IMG/VR virus record: IMGVR_UViG_3300037247_000601
Coordinates: 1 to 60,449 of that record
Reading direction: 5' to 3' (one strand)
Source of the DNA: a virus
Taxonomy: Duplodnaviria > Caudoviricetes
DNA length: 60,449 nucleotides
Each line of letters begins with the position of its first letter. The first letter of the stretch is position 1. Shown in pieces: positions 33,063-42,823 of this stretch. The position numbers and the translations under genes were made by a program. Below the pieces are notes generated by a model that was not told the origin of the DNA, did not search any database, and worked only from the letters and a program-made list of their open reading frames with translations.

Positions 33063-35221
33063 TGCACCGGCACCGAGCCGGCCCCATTGGTAGGATACGC
33101 TTGCGGGGGCTGCGGAGCAACTGGCCCAGTCGGTGCCACGGTGGGCATCTGCACCGGTGAATCGGGCGCCAGAATATCCCGCAACACCGCCTCGACCTGG
33201 CCCTCGATCATGGACTTGAACTGGCCGTTCGCCATCGCGAACTCGAACGCCTTCTCCAGGTTCTCCAGCTTGATCTGCTCGGTCTCTTCCTCGGTCTTGG
33301 CCACCTCGGCGGCCATCTCGATGATTTTCGCATTGGCCTCCGTGTCCTTGCGGGCCTGATCGCGCTGGTCGGTCTCGATCTTGGCCTTGGCCTCGATCTC
33401 CTCGGGCGAAGGCGGCGGCGGCGCGGGCTCCTCCTCGCCATCCTTCAACTCCACCATGCCCGGCGGCAGCATCTTGCGGAACCGCTCCGCTAGATCGTCC
33501 GAGCCCGGGAAATCGAGGGCTTTCACGATGATGTCCATCGCCACCTTGCCCGCTTCGGGCACGGCCTTCACCAGTTGCAACAGCGAATCAGCCGCCTCGG
33601 TCCGTTTGGTAGAATAGGACGGCCCGGTGGTGACCGCAACGTCGTAGACCCCGACCGCTAGATCGTTGACCCGGTGCTCCTGGCCGGCGTCGTCCACCAC
33701 CGTCTGGTTGATGCGCGCCGCCTCGGTGGTCCCGTCCTCGTTCAGCAAGCGGATGACTCGATCGCTGTCGTAGACCTTGGGGATGATCCGCACCAACTGC
33801 CGCCCGCAAGCCACGATGGCCAGTTTCAGATTGTCGCTGTAATTGAAAGTCGAGATGTCCGATTGACGCTGCCGGGCGATTATTGCCTTGCCACTGGTCT
33901 CTGGTAGGCTGGGCGCGCGGGCGGCATCAAAATAAACCCCCGTGGTGGCCTTCATGTCGTCCTGGGCTATCAGGATTTCCTGGTGCATCGACGGGCTGCC
34001 CAGGGCTGGCTGGACACGCTGGGGCGGCAGGCCGCTGTTATTATCGTCCGGCGCGTAGGGCAAATACGGCATGTTGCGCGTGTTGGCCTGGTTCCACAGG
34101 GCCTCGACGCCGGCGATATTCTTCGGGGTAACCATGAAGGGCGATTTGGGCTGTAGCGCGATCTGCTCGGTCTGCGCTGCGCGCCAGTAATTGTACATCC
34201 GCTGCGGGTCTTTGGCGTGGCGAATGATGCCGTTCCTGATGGTGCGCCGGCCGATGTGGGTCTCATCGCCGATCACTGGAATGATCGGAATATCGGTGCC
34301 GATCCACTCGAACGGCCCTTCCAGCACCTCGTGGCCGTTGATGATGCGCATCTCGACCTTGTTGCGCTCCACCACTCGGCGCCTCTTGATGTAATGCCCC
34401 TGCCCAGTCTCAGCATCCTGCACCACCCCATCGCCCTCGTTCATCTCGGTGATGTCGATCGTCCGCCCGTCATCCAGTAGCGCCAGCGTCCGCTTCTCCA
34501 GAGTCTTGGTCCAATATTCGGCGACCCGGATTTCCTCGCCCTGCCGCCAATCGCCCAGATGGGTCGAGTCGGCGTCCATGAAGTCGAAGCCGACCAGGGC
34601 CGATTTCGGATAGCGCGCCTTGTAGGTCTCCAAGCCCATTGCCTCCTCGTAGAAGCAATACATCGCATCCGAACGGTCGAGTTCCACCGCCTGCGGATCC
34701 CAGGTCACCGCGTAGGGGTCGACGATGCGCTTGATGCGGATCACCTGGTCGAATGCCTGCTCGTGAGAATACTCGGTCGTGATCCGAAAGTGGCCGATAC
34801 CGCACTGCGCCGCACCCTCGGCCGCGGTCACATAGGCGATAACAGCGTTCGACTGATGCTCTATATGCCGGATCGTCCCGGTGAAGATATCGGCAATTTC
34901 ATCGTCACTGGTATCGTCGCCCGGTAGAACTTTGATGGCCGGCCGGTTCTGGCGAATTTCGTTGACGATCTGCTTCACGAAGGCCGGCATCCGGTTGATG
35001 GTCAGTATCGGGCGGCCATCCTCGTTGCGCTCGCGACGAATTTCCTCCGGCCATTGGTCGCCAGCCATGAATTCCAGGTCTTCGATACCGGCGTCCCGGT
35101 TGTCCTGCTCATGGTCGACCGCGATCTGATAGCGGTCGCGGGCGATGCGCATGAGTTCGGCGTCCTTGCCGCCGATGTCCTCGACATCGGGCAGTTTGTC
35201 CTCGACGCGCTCAACCATCAT
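33059..35221 (-). CDS. Portal protein, P22 gp1 family
   Basis: GDQW, RPILTINR, AKDPQRMYNYW, TSGKAIIARQ, GPSYSTKR. Confidence 0.95.
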   Translation of the reverse strand: MMVERVEDKLPDVEDIGGKDAELMRIARDRYQIAVDHEQDNRDAGIEDLEFMAGDQWPEEIRRERNEDGRPILTINRMPAFVKQIVNEIRQNRPAIKVLPGDDTSDDEIADIFTGTIRHIEHQSNAVIAYVTAAEGAAQCGIGHFRITTEYSHEQAFDQVIRIKRIVDPYAVTWDPQAVELDRSDAMYCFYEEAMGLETYKARYPKSALVGFDFMDADSTHLGDWRQGEEIRVAEYWTKTLEKRTLALLDDGRTIDITEMNEGDGVVQDAETGQGHYIKRRRVVERNKVEMRIINGHEVLEGPFEWIGTDIPIIPVIGDETHIGRRTIRNGIIRHAKDPQRMYNYWRAAQTEQIALQPKSPFMVTPKNIAGVEALWNQANTRNMPYLPYAPDDNNSGLPPQRVQPALGSPSMHQEILIAQDDMKATTGVYFDAARAPSLPETSGKAIIARQRQSDISTFNYSDNLKLAIVACGRQLVRIIPKVYDSDRVIRLLNEDGTTEAARINQTVVDDAGQEHRVNDLAVGVYDVAVTTGPSYSTKRTEAADSLLQLVKAVPEAGKVAMDIIVKALDFPGSDDLAERFRKMLPPGMVELKDGEEEPAPPPPSPEEIEAKAKIETDQRDQARKDTEANAKIIEMAAEVAKTEEETEQIKLENLEKAFEFAMANGQFKSMIEGQVEAVLRDILAPDSPVQMPTVAPTGPVAPQPPQAYPTNGAGSVPVQ

Positions 35222-35414
35222 GGAGTCCGATCCGCTGCAGTTGGTCTTTCCGAATCAGCCGATAGCGGCCGATAGTACCGATGGCGGTCCACACGACTCC
35301 GTCGTCAGATTCGTCGTCAATCCAGCACAAGAGAGGGACCCGAGCGCAATCATGGCTCGAAGCTGTGCAAAACTGTGTGTGCATCAGACGGTGGGCGACT
35401 GGATCAATCATCAC
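35211..35414 (-). CDS. Hypothetical protein
   Basis: Overlapping packing between terL and portal. Confidence 0.5.
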   Translation of the reverse strand: MMIDPVAHRLMHTQFCTASSHDCARVPLLCWIDDESDDGVVWTAIGTIGRYRLIRKDQLQRIGLHDG

Positions 35415-35605
35415 GGGTTGATCCGCAGCACCTGTTCGATATGCCCCTGCCCCTGCGTGTCCGAACTGATTTGTACCGACGTCTCACCGCCGGCGGCATC
35501 ATCGCAATAGGCATACACCAGCCCATCATCGCCGACAGCGAGGCGCTTGCAGATAAGGCCCTCTGGCAGGGTGACGAAGTGCCGGATGCCGCTAACGTCT
35601 TCCAT
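35411..35605 (-). CDS. Hypothetical protein
   Basis: Operon packing. Confidence 0.5.
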   Translation of the reverse strand: MEDVSGIRHFVTLPEGLICKRLAVGDDGLVYAYCDDAAGGETSVQISSDTQGQGHIEQVLRINP

Positions 35606-35845
35606 CTACGCCCCCAACTTTCCAAAGGGAACAATTACGTCAAAAGATTTGGCGGTCCAAGTTATACGCAAGGCGCCCGGCAATAATTTCAGACACGCAA
35701 GCAAACCATGCCGGTAAATTCGAGACCGAGGGCGTTGCACAATACGCCAGAGCCAAAAACCAACTGCCTCCGCCCAAGGCCAAACGCCTTCGCGGCCAAA
35801 GATTGGTTGGTGATTGCGCCGCATCCGTTCAACTCCACTCATCAC
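35606..35845 (-). CDS. Hypothetical protein
   Basis: ATGA overlap with terL. Confidence 0.5.
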   Translation of the reverse strand: MMSGVERMRRNHQPIFGREGVWPWAEAVGFWLWRIVQRPRSRIYRHGLLACLKLLPGALRITWTAKSFDVIVPFGKLGA

Positions 35846-37428
35846 GCCCCCATCCAGCTACCGGCCGCGCCTCGGCGGCGCCCGCCCAGCGGGTTGATCT
35901 TCGACATGTCGATGGTCAGCGGCGCCTTGGCGGCGACCAGCACTTCCTCGTCGCAGATGCGCGACAGCGCATCAAGCGCGTCCTTGTGGGCGCCGACCGG
36001 GAAATGCTCGATCTCCTCGTCCAGGAACTGCCGCACCACATCGACCGTCTCACCTTCCCAATTCGGCCGCATGAGCCGTTCCAGCAGATAGATCCGGTGT
36101 GCCTCGAAAATCGGCTGCAAGCGCATGATCCGGTCATCCTTGTGGAGCTGGCGGCCCAAGGGAGTCACGTCGAAATGGTAGGTTTCCTCTTCCTGACGCC
36201 ATTCGATCGCCTCGATGTCGGCCTGGAGCCCGTATTGCTCGTAGCCGACGAACATCGGCTTGTAGGCGCGGTGCAGTTCGATCACCTTGGCGACCTTCTC
36301 GGTCAGGTTCATCTTGTCGAAGATCAGATCGATCATGTACCAGTTGTCGTCGGCGCCGTAGCCCAGCACCCACATGGCCGTGAAATCGCTCTCGCGCTTT
36401 TTCTTCGAGGCCGGGTCGACCAGGATGATGCGGCACAGGTTGTCGTGGTTGCCGCCCTTCCAGAACCGGATATCCTCGCGCTTGAAACCCAGCGTCGCAT
36501 CGGCGCGCGGGTCTAGCAGCATCTGGCAGTTGTAGACGTAGGAGCCCATGTCCCGACGCTTCCGCGCGTTCTCCTCGGCGCTCATCAACACCGGCTCGCC
36601 GTCGACCGTGCCGTCCACCGTGGCCGGGTATCGGCGCTCCTTGGCGGCCTTGCGGCGCAGGATTTCCTCGTAGGGGTCAGCCTGGTGATATTTCGAGCCC
36701 TTGTAGCGGATCACGCCACCGCGCCGGCCAAGGTTCAGCGAGGTCGCCCAGGCGTTGGTGCATTTCTTGATCTTCTCGGAGGCATCGCGCCCCGATACGG
36801 TGTCGAGCGTCACCAGATCGTCGTAGTCCAGCACATGAAAATGCTTCGATGTCGGCTGCGATTCCACCACACCCCACGCCTCGACCGTGGCTTCATTGGG
36901 GTTGGTCTTGCGTTTGACCACGATCCCGTTATCGAGCGACCAGCGCGAGGCTTGGTTCTTCGGGTCACGCCACAGCACCTCGGGATAGAGGAACTTGAGA
37001 TCGTCGTTGGTTTCCAGTTCCAGCTTGATCTGGCGCAAGAATCCCTTGGCGATGTCGCGGGTGTGGCTGAAAATCCCGATGGTGATCTCGGGGTTTTTCA
37101 GGATCGTCTGGATGTTTAGCGCGAAGGTCGAAATGGTCGATTTGTAGTGCTCGCGCGACCACAGATCGAGATAGCCGTCCGGCGCATTCTGAACTTCCCG
37201 GGCCCGGTCGAAAATCCACGGATGCAGCGCGTCCTTCCGTTTCAGGATGTAGACCAGCAAATAGAACAGATCGTTGCGGCCCAGGAAGGCGCGCGCCTCG
37301 TGGTAGCCGTCCTCCCCACCCGCCTCGAACGCCTGGTTCAGGTGGCGCGTGTACCAGCCGATGCGGTCGCGCAAGGCGTCGGCCGAAGGGGCGGGGGGAA
37401 CCCGACGATCAATGGAGGACTGGGACAC
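35842..37428 (-). CDS. terL: Terminase large subunit
   Basis: REHYKST Walker A variant, LDYDD Walker B, ILVDPA...DFTA and HKDALDAL nuclease motifs. Confidence 0.92.
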   Translation of the reverse strand: MSQSSIDRRVPPAPSADALRDRIGWYTRHLNQAFEAGGEDGYHEARAFLGRNDLFYLLVYILKRKDALHPWIFDRAREVQNAPDGYLDLWSREHYKSTISTFALNIQTILKNPEITIGIFSHTRDIAKGFLRQIKLELETNDDLKFLYPEVLWRDPKNQASRWSLDNGIVVKRKTNPNEATVEAWGVVESQPTSKHFHVLDYDDLVTLDTVSGRDASEKIKKCTNAWATSLNLGRRGGVIRYKGSKYHQADPYEEILRRKAAKERRYPATVDGTVDGEPVLMSAEENARKRRDMGSYVYNCQMLLDPRADATLGFKREDIRFWKGGNHDNLCRIILVDPASKKKRESDFTAMWVLGYGADDNWYMIDLIFDKMNLTEKVAKVIELHRAYKPMFVGYEQYGLQADIEAIEWRQEEETYHFDVTPLGRQLHKDDRIMRLQPIFEAHRIYLLERLMRPNWEGETVDVVRQFLDEEIEHFPVGAHKDALDALSRICDEEVLVAAKAPLTIDMSKINPLGGRRRGAAGSWMGA

Positions 37429-37945
37429 TGGCCAGCTTCTCCTCGAGTTCCTGGTTCATTTCCTCAATGATCTTGTCCATCTTGTCGCGCGTCAGGTTGT
37501 CGACGCGATCGGTCGCGCGGCCCTCGAGGAGCTCGTACATCTTGGACGCCCGCTCGCTGACCTCAACTAGGGCGCGGATATCGGCAGCCTTGCAATTGTC
37601 GACCTTGATCTTGGCCAACATCTTGATGGCTTTGCTCAGGCTCTCGGTGGCCACTGTATCGAACTGCGCCGCGCGGGTAATCACTTGGGCCGTGGCGGTC
37701 GTGGCTATTTTCTTAGATGCAGCGGCCACCACCTTCTCGTCATGCTCGCGCGCGCATTTGACCCATTTACGCTTGGCGCGCCAGTAGTCGAAAGTGCTCT
37801 CAGATGGTGCCCGCCGCCCGGTGGCCAGAAAGGCCTCACGGACCCGGCGCACTGAACGGCGGCCATCAAGCGCGATGTAGGCCGCACGCGCCTCGGGTTC
37901 TCTGACCAAGGGCGGAAGGCCGTTGGTGGGCTTCTTCGCCATCAC
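37409..37945 (-). CDS. terS: Terminase small subunit
   Basis: N-terminal HTH with W..K.KW, helical; directly upstream of terL. Confidence 0.7.
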   Translation of the reverse strand: MMAKKPTNGLPPLVREPEARAAYIALDGRRSVRRVREAFLATGRRAPSESTFDYWRAKRKWVKCAREHDEKVVAAASKKIATTATAQVITRAAQFDTVATESLSKAIKMLAKIKVDNCKAADIRALVEVSERASKMYELLEGRATDRVDNLTRDKMDKIIEEMNQELEEKLASVPVLH

Positions 37946-38310
37946 GCCGGCGCCGCCAGCAAGAACAGCGGCCCATGGCCCAGGTGGGTCACGTTGCCCG
38001 AGGAATCGGTGATCTGGAGTATCTGCATGAAGCGCCCCGATTTGCCGTCCAGGTCTGAGTTGTCGACCGTGATCACCGCCTGACCGGCCGTGAGCGCGAT
38101 CTCGCCCGCCGTGCTGGTCTTGCTCGCCACCGACTGTCCCGTCCAGGGCTTGCGCCGGCGCCGCGGCACCGCCCGGTAGACCTTCCAGGCCGCGCTGGCG
38201 CTCACGACACTCAGGTCGTCGCCGTCCGAATCCTTGAGCGCGATCGTGATAGTGCCATCGGTGCCGACCGCATATTCCATCTCGTGAAAGCGGCGCAGGT
38301 CTCGGCTCAT
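37942..38310 (-). CDS. Putative structural Ig-like (BppU-N-like) protein
   Basis: TITIALKDSDG..L, AVITVDNSDL beta-sandwich pattern. Confidence 0.6.
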   Translation of the reverse strand: MSRDLRRFHEMEYAVGTDGTITIALKDSDGDDLSVVSASAAWKVYRAVPRRRRKPWTGQSVASKTSTAGEIALTAGQAVITVDNSDLDGKSGRFMQILQITDSSGNVTHLGHGPLFLLAAPA

Positions 38311-38513
38311 CAGACTTTCCCTGTTCCAGATGGTTTCGGCTGCCTGCCTGTGGCGCTTTGGCTCGGCTGGATTCCCGTGGCGGTGTGTGCGTCTTGACGA
38401 CCTGTCAGCGTGGCCTCGTGGATAATCACGGCGGCGTCCGCAGCCCAGGCGCCAGCAATCCAACTGGTCTGCTCCCAAGCGCCCGCTACCCAGGCGTCCC
38501 CAATTACTAACAT
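38310..38513 (-). CDS. Small Trp-repeat protein
   Basis: AW.AGAW..TSW.AGAW; TGATG overlap. Confidence 0.6.
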   Translation of the reverse strand: MLVIGDAWVAGAWEQTSWIAGAWAADAAVIIHEATLTGRQDAHTATGIQPSQSATGRQPKPSGTGKV

Positions 38514-38516
38514 GGG

Positions 38517-41384
38517 CTACACACCATCGAATGGGGTTGCATTTCCGTCTCCGACAATCTCCGCATCGTTGATACTTTTGACGTTCGCATCAAGTTCATT
38601 GGCCTTTGTAAAGGTGAAGGCATCCGAAATTGCGGTGTCGGCCTCGGCATTGATATTCGTCAGATTTAACGCGACCTCTAATTCAATGTTGATATTCGTG
38701 CCATTGTTCGTGAACTTGAGAATGCCGCGCGGTCGGACGGTCATGTCATTGCAGCTGGCAGCAATGATAAGCTGACCAGCAACGAATTCGGCAGTTATCA
38801 CGTCGGCAGCAATTCCGTCTACTAATTCTACCCCACCAGAGTGATCTCGGATACTCACCTTCGTCACACCTGACCCAGGGAAAGTGAGCGTGGGCGACGC
38901 GTCTCCCGGCATAGCACTGCGACAACCTGCGAACATGTGATTATCATATGCTCGAAGTGCAATGTCGCCGCTCCACCAGCACTTTTCGGCAATAATTTCA
39001 GCAGAAGCGAGCGCTATCAATGAACAAGCGAACGCACGCATCTGCCCGGTCCCGCCCTGTGTCCCGGTTAGGATGACATTGTAGAATTCGGAATTATCAA
39101 CGTCCTGCGAGCCCAACGTGATCTTGTTACTAAGGCCAAGACCGACAAATATATAGCCCTCATAAGTCTGAGCCAGCGTAGCTTGAGTATCGTTAATCAG
39201 ATAGATTACCTGAACGCCAAGAGCCACCGCGATGGTGGTCACCGCAGCAATCGTGCTGACGGGATTCTCAATCGTCCCATCAAGCCCGAGCGTTGTCCCT
39301 GTGTTTGCTGCTCCATCATCAAAGTAAACACCTGGGCCATGCGGACCGGCGTAGGCTGTCATTGTAATGGCCGCACCAACGGTACCTTGCGTTTGATGCC
39401 CCGAAAGCGCCTCATCCATTGCTGCATCGCCAATCTCACTCTTCATACCTGTTGACATGCCGCCAAGATCAGTCAGCCCAGCGCCTGCGGTGCCGATCTC
39501 GGTGGCGTCAACCAGGATGTCAGCGATGTCCGAACCCTTCCACGCACCGCCGATATTGACCGTCGGGCTTCCGGTCAAATTATTGACAATGCTCTTATAC
39601 GACCCTCTTATCTCAACAGTCGCGTCTGCGCCGTTCAACGTCACTGTCCCGAGACGGCCATTAATGGTAATTGTATCACCAGACTCCAGCCCAGAAACCG
39701 TAATGCTGTCCATCCAATTGCGCCATTCAGCAGTAATTGCCTGGCCCGCAGTTTTTGTGAAAGTCGAGGCACCCGCTCCCGCAACATTGCTGTAGCAATT
39801 ATGGTATTCATAATCACCTGCGAGAGTTTGAGTAACAGTGCCGCCAAATGCACAGAAATCGAAGTGCCCAATCTGGACCGACATTGTGCCAATATCACAA
39901 CCTTCATAATGTACTTCTGTCGCTGATGTCCCAACACCTGTTACATGAGCACCTTGAAAATAAGCCCCGTCCACATCCTGACCGCCGAGCGCAAGCGTCC
40001 AGTTGTCGCCAAAGTAGCTTTCATTGACCGTGCTCTCGGCCAAAGTTACGCTCGACCCATTGATGATGTGGAAATCCGAAATCCCGGTCGTTGTCGAAAG
40101 TGCTTTGATATCCGCAACAGTCAAACAAGGGTTATCCGCCACCCCGTTGACAAACGCCTCGGTTCCAGCAGTACCGTTGTTCGTGTCTAGCCATAGCTGG
40201 CCGTTGGCATACCCGACCGTCTGCCCAATACCAACTGCCTCGATAAGCAGCTCATCAACGCCGAGGACGTGGCCGGCAGCGGTGGCGTCCACAAAGCGAA
40301 TGAGAACCTTGCCGATGTCGGCGCCAGTAAGCTCCGTATGTTTCGACAGCAGGGGGATCACTAGTGTCTGATTCGTCGCCTGTGCTGTGCCTTGCAAGAC
40401 CGCGCGGGTTTCCCAGTCAGTCCCCACGAAATCGTAAGCCTGAATGTTGACGGTGTCGTTGTTGCCCGTCAGGTAGCCGTGGAAGTTGATAAGTGATGCC
40501 GTCCGACCGCCGCCTACATCAATCTGATAGACCCAGTCGAGATTATCATTGTCGTTGGTCAGGACGTGATACGTGCCGTCAAGCGCCTCGGCGTTCGCGA
40601 ATGTTCCAGCTTCGGTGCCAACCTTGCCGATAGTCTTGATGGTCGAAATTATGGTTTCCGAGCCACCAAAGGTTTCCGCCGCATAAGTTTCGGTGATCAC
40701 GATCTCATTGGTGGTCTCGCTGACAATCGTGTACGCATTGTTGTAATTCGTTGACCCGGCAATCGTTACCTCGAAACCAGCTGTAAAGGCATGGCTCGTA
40801 ACCGGAATCCCGACCAATCCGGAACCCTTATCTACCGCGGCTGCATTGTCGATCGTGTCGGTGATGGCATTGTCAGTCTCAACCTGAAACGAAAGCGAGC
40901 CACCGGACGCCGAACCAATGTTACCAACTTGTGACTGAGTTGCCGGGAAGGTATCCCCCGTCAGGCCAGTGGTGTCATACTGAAGTTCAAGATTGTCGGC
41001 TGCCGTACTATCGCCGGAAATCTTCGTGACATCGACCTCCACGAACCTGTTCTCGATGCTGAAGGTTGCCACAACGGTGCCGACCGCGCTCACGCTGTCG
41101 ATCGTGCCCGTCGTGATGATCACAAGATAGTCGTTGGCGACGGCATAGAAGCCGTCGGCGCTGAGGTCCAGGCGGACGTGGTTCAATCCCACTAGGCCAT
41201 CGTGGTCGACGCCCAGGGTGATCCCGGCCGTGGATTGTGCATCACTGTTGGCCTTGTAGACACTGAGAACGGGCGACCCAGCCAGGACCGTGGGAATGTC
41301 GGCGGCGCTGAACGAGGTAAAGCCGAAGTCGACCGTCGCGTCTTCTTTGCGGTCGCCGAGGTCGATGACGCCGTTTACCGACAT
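38517..41384 (-). CDS. Large fibre/adhesin-like structural protein (955 aa)
   Basis: T/G/D-rich beta composition; two G..DNP/ENP beta-helix-like modules. Confidence 0.7.
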   Translation of the reverse strand: MSVNGVIDLGDRKEDATVDFGFTSFSAADIPTVLAGSPVLSVYKANSDAQSTAGITLGVDHDGLVGLNHVRLDLSADGFYAVANDYLVIITTGTIDSVSAVGTVVATFSIENRFVEVDVTKISGDSTAADNLELQYDTTGLTGDTFPATQSQVGNIGSASGGSLSFQVETDNAITDTIDNAAAVDKGSGLVGIPVTSHAFTAGFEVTIAGSTNYNNAYTIVSETTNEIVITETYAAETFGGSETIISTIKTIGKVGTEAGTFANAEALDGTYHVLTNDNDNLDWVYQIDVGGGRTASLINFHGYLTGNNDTVNIQAYDFVGTDWETRAVLQGTAQATNQTLVIPLLSKHTELTGADIGKVLIRFVDATAAGHVLGVDELLIEAVGIGQTVGYANGQLWLDTNNGTAGTEAFVNGVADNPCLTVADIKALSTTTGISDFHIINGSSVTLAESTVNESYFGDNWTLALGGQDVDGAYFQGAHVTGVGTSATEVHYEGCDIGTMSVQIGHFDFCAFGGTVTQTLAGDYEYHNCYSNVAGAGASTFTKTAGQAITAEWRNWMDSITVSGLESGDTITINGRLGTVTLNGADATVEIRGSYKSIVNNLTGSPTVNIGGAWKGSDIADILVDATEIGTAGAGLTDLGGMSTGMKSEIGDAAMDEALSGHQTQGTVGAAITMTAYAGPHGPGVYFDDGAANTGTTLGLDGTIENPVSTIAAVTTIAVALGVQVIYLINDTQATLAQTYEGYIFVGLGLSNKITLGSQDVDNSEFYNVILTGTQGGTGQMRAFACSLIALASAEIIAEKCWWSGDIALRAYDNHMFAGCRSAMPGDASPTLTFPGSGVTKVSIRDHSGGVELVDGIAADVITAEFVAGQLIIAASCNDMTVRPRGILKFTNNGTNINIELEVALNLTNINAEADTAISDAFTFTKANELDANVKSINDAEIVGDGNATPFDGV

Positions 41385-41431
41385 GGCCTAAATCCCCTGC
41401 CGCTTGGCCTTGATGCCCTGAAGCCGTTCGG

Positions 41432-42817
41432 TCATGGGCTCTGCCAAGAATTGCCGGTTTCAAACGTCCCCACCACGTCGGGCATAATGGTCACTACCTC
41501 CGCATAATTCCCGGTTATCTGGCTATCCACCCAAGGCTCGTTTCCGTTGGAGGTGCAGCGGATATCATTGCTACCGTTGCCATCGCAAATGTTGTCTTTA
41601 ACGAATACCTGGCTGTAGACCGCACCGGACGTTCCCTTAACTAAGATGATGCCTTCCCCGGCGTTATCTCGAACGATGTTGGAGGAAATATTGGTGCAGC
41701 GGTGAGCCTTGCCCGGGAAATTCGCCTCGAAAATAATCCCCTTACCGCTATTGTTGCGAACCACGTTGGCCGTTATGTTATTTCCTTCAAATATACCGTT
41801 GACCGCTGATATTCCATGCCAGTCATTGCCCTCGCAACAATTGCTCGTCACCACTGTGTGGTTGCAGTCGGGCTTTAGTGCTATCCCGGTCTCTGCATTG
41901 CCCTCACAGACATTCCCGGAAACCACAATACCTGTGCAATCTCTCAGTCGTATCCCATCCGCTCTGTTGTTTCGAGAGATGTTGTTCGCCACCAAGGATT
42001 TACGAACCCAAGTGGCCTCGGTCGATGCGCCGGTTAAGCTAATGCCCGATCCAAGATTGTCCCTGATGTTGTTCCCAGTTACGATAATTCCGTCGCCGAT
42101 GTCCGTGGCCGTATCATCTCCAGAAATCTTTATCCCGGCCTGCCCATTTCCGAAGATGTTATTTCCTGTGACAATCGCACGGTTCGAATTAATGGAAAGC
42201 CCCGTGTGAGCGTTATTGAATATTTTGCAGCCATTGACACTCCCATCTGTTTCGCCATGGGCCGCATTCCCGCCGTTGCCCAGCCACAATCCCCTCGTGA
42301 CGCCGTTGGCAACGCTGTCCCTGATGGTGCAATTGGCCCAATTGTTCCGGGTGCCTCCGAAGGCCATCGCTTGAGCACTCGCAGCACCGGCAAAAATTTC
42401 TATGTCCTCGACTTGCGTATCCGTGCATCTATCAAGACCGGGGCCTAGTGCTGCAATACCATTAAGATCAAAAATTAAATCCTCAATGGCGCAGCGCACA
42501 CACCCCCGTAATTCAAAAAATTCTGGAACTGACGCATTTAACATTACTTGACTTGGAGGAGCCATGAGTTTGAGAGTCGCACCCGGCCCAATAATTTTTA
42601 CGTGAGACATTCCAGTCATATTCAGACCGGCCCAACTGTCACTTCCTAAAGGATACACGCCGGGCAGGAAACGCAACGTGTCTCCATTCGATAGCGAACG
42701 TATTGCTGCCTGAACTTCGGCGGCACTGTCGGCGCTCTCGACCGTAACTGTGCCGGTCGTGCGGTCATCGGCTCTAGGTTTGCGTGCCATTACCAACCAC
42801 ACCAAAATCCTTGACAT
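41432..42817 (-). CDS. Right-handed parallel beta-helix protein (depolymerase-like)
   Basis: LRFLPGVY start motif; many xGNxxxxNxxxGI repeats. Confidence 0.85.
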   Translation of the reverse strand: MSRILVWLVMARKPRADDRTTGTVTVESADSAAEVQAAIRSLSNGDTLRFLPGVYPLGSDSWAGLNMTGMSHVKIIGPGATLKLMAPPSQVMLNASVPEFFELRGCVRCAIEDLIFDLNGIAALGPGLDRCTDTQVEDIEIFAGAASAQAMAFGGTRNNWANCTIRDSVANGVTRGLWLGNGGNAAHGETDGSVNGCKIFNNAHTGLSINSNRAIVTGNNIFGNGQAGIKISGDDTATDIGDGIIVTGNNIRDNLGSGISLTGASTEATWVRKSLVANNISRNNRADGIRLRDCTGIVVSGNVCEGNAETGIALKPDCNHTVVTSNCCEGNDWHGISAVNGIFEGNNITANVVRNNSGKGIIFEANFPGKAHRCTNISSNIVRDNAGEGIILVKGTSGAVYSQVFVKDNICDGNGSNDIRCTSNGNEPWVDSQITGNYAEVVTIMPDVVGTFETGNSWQSP

Positions 42818-42823
42818 TGATCG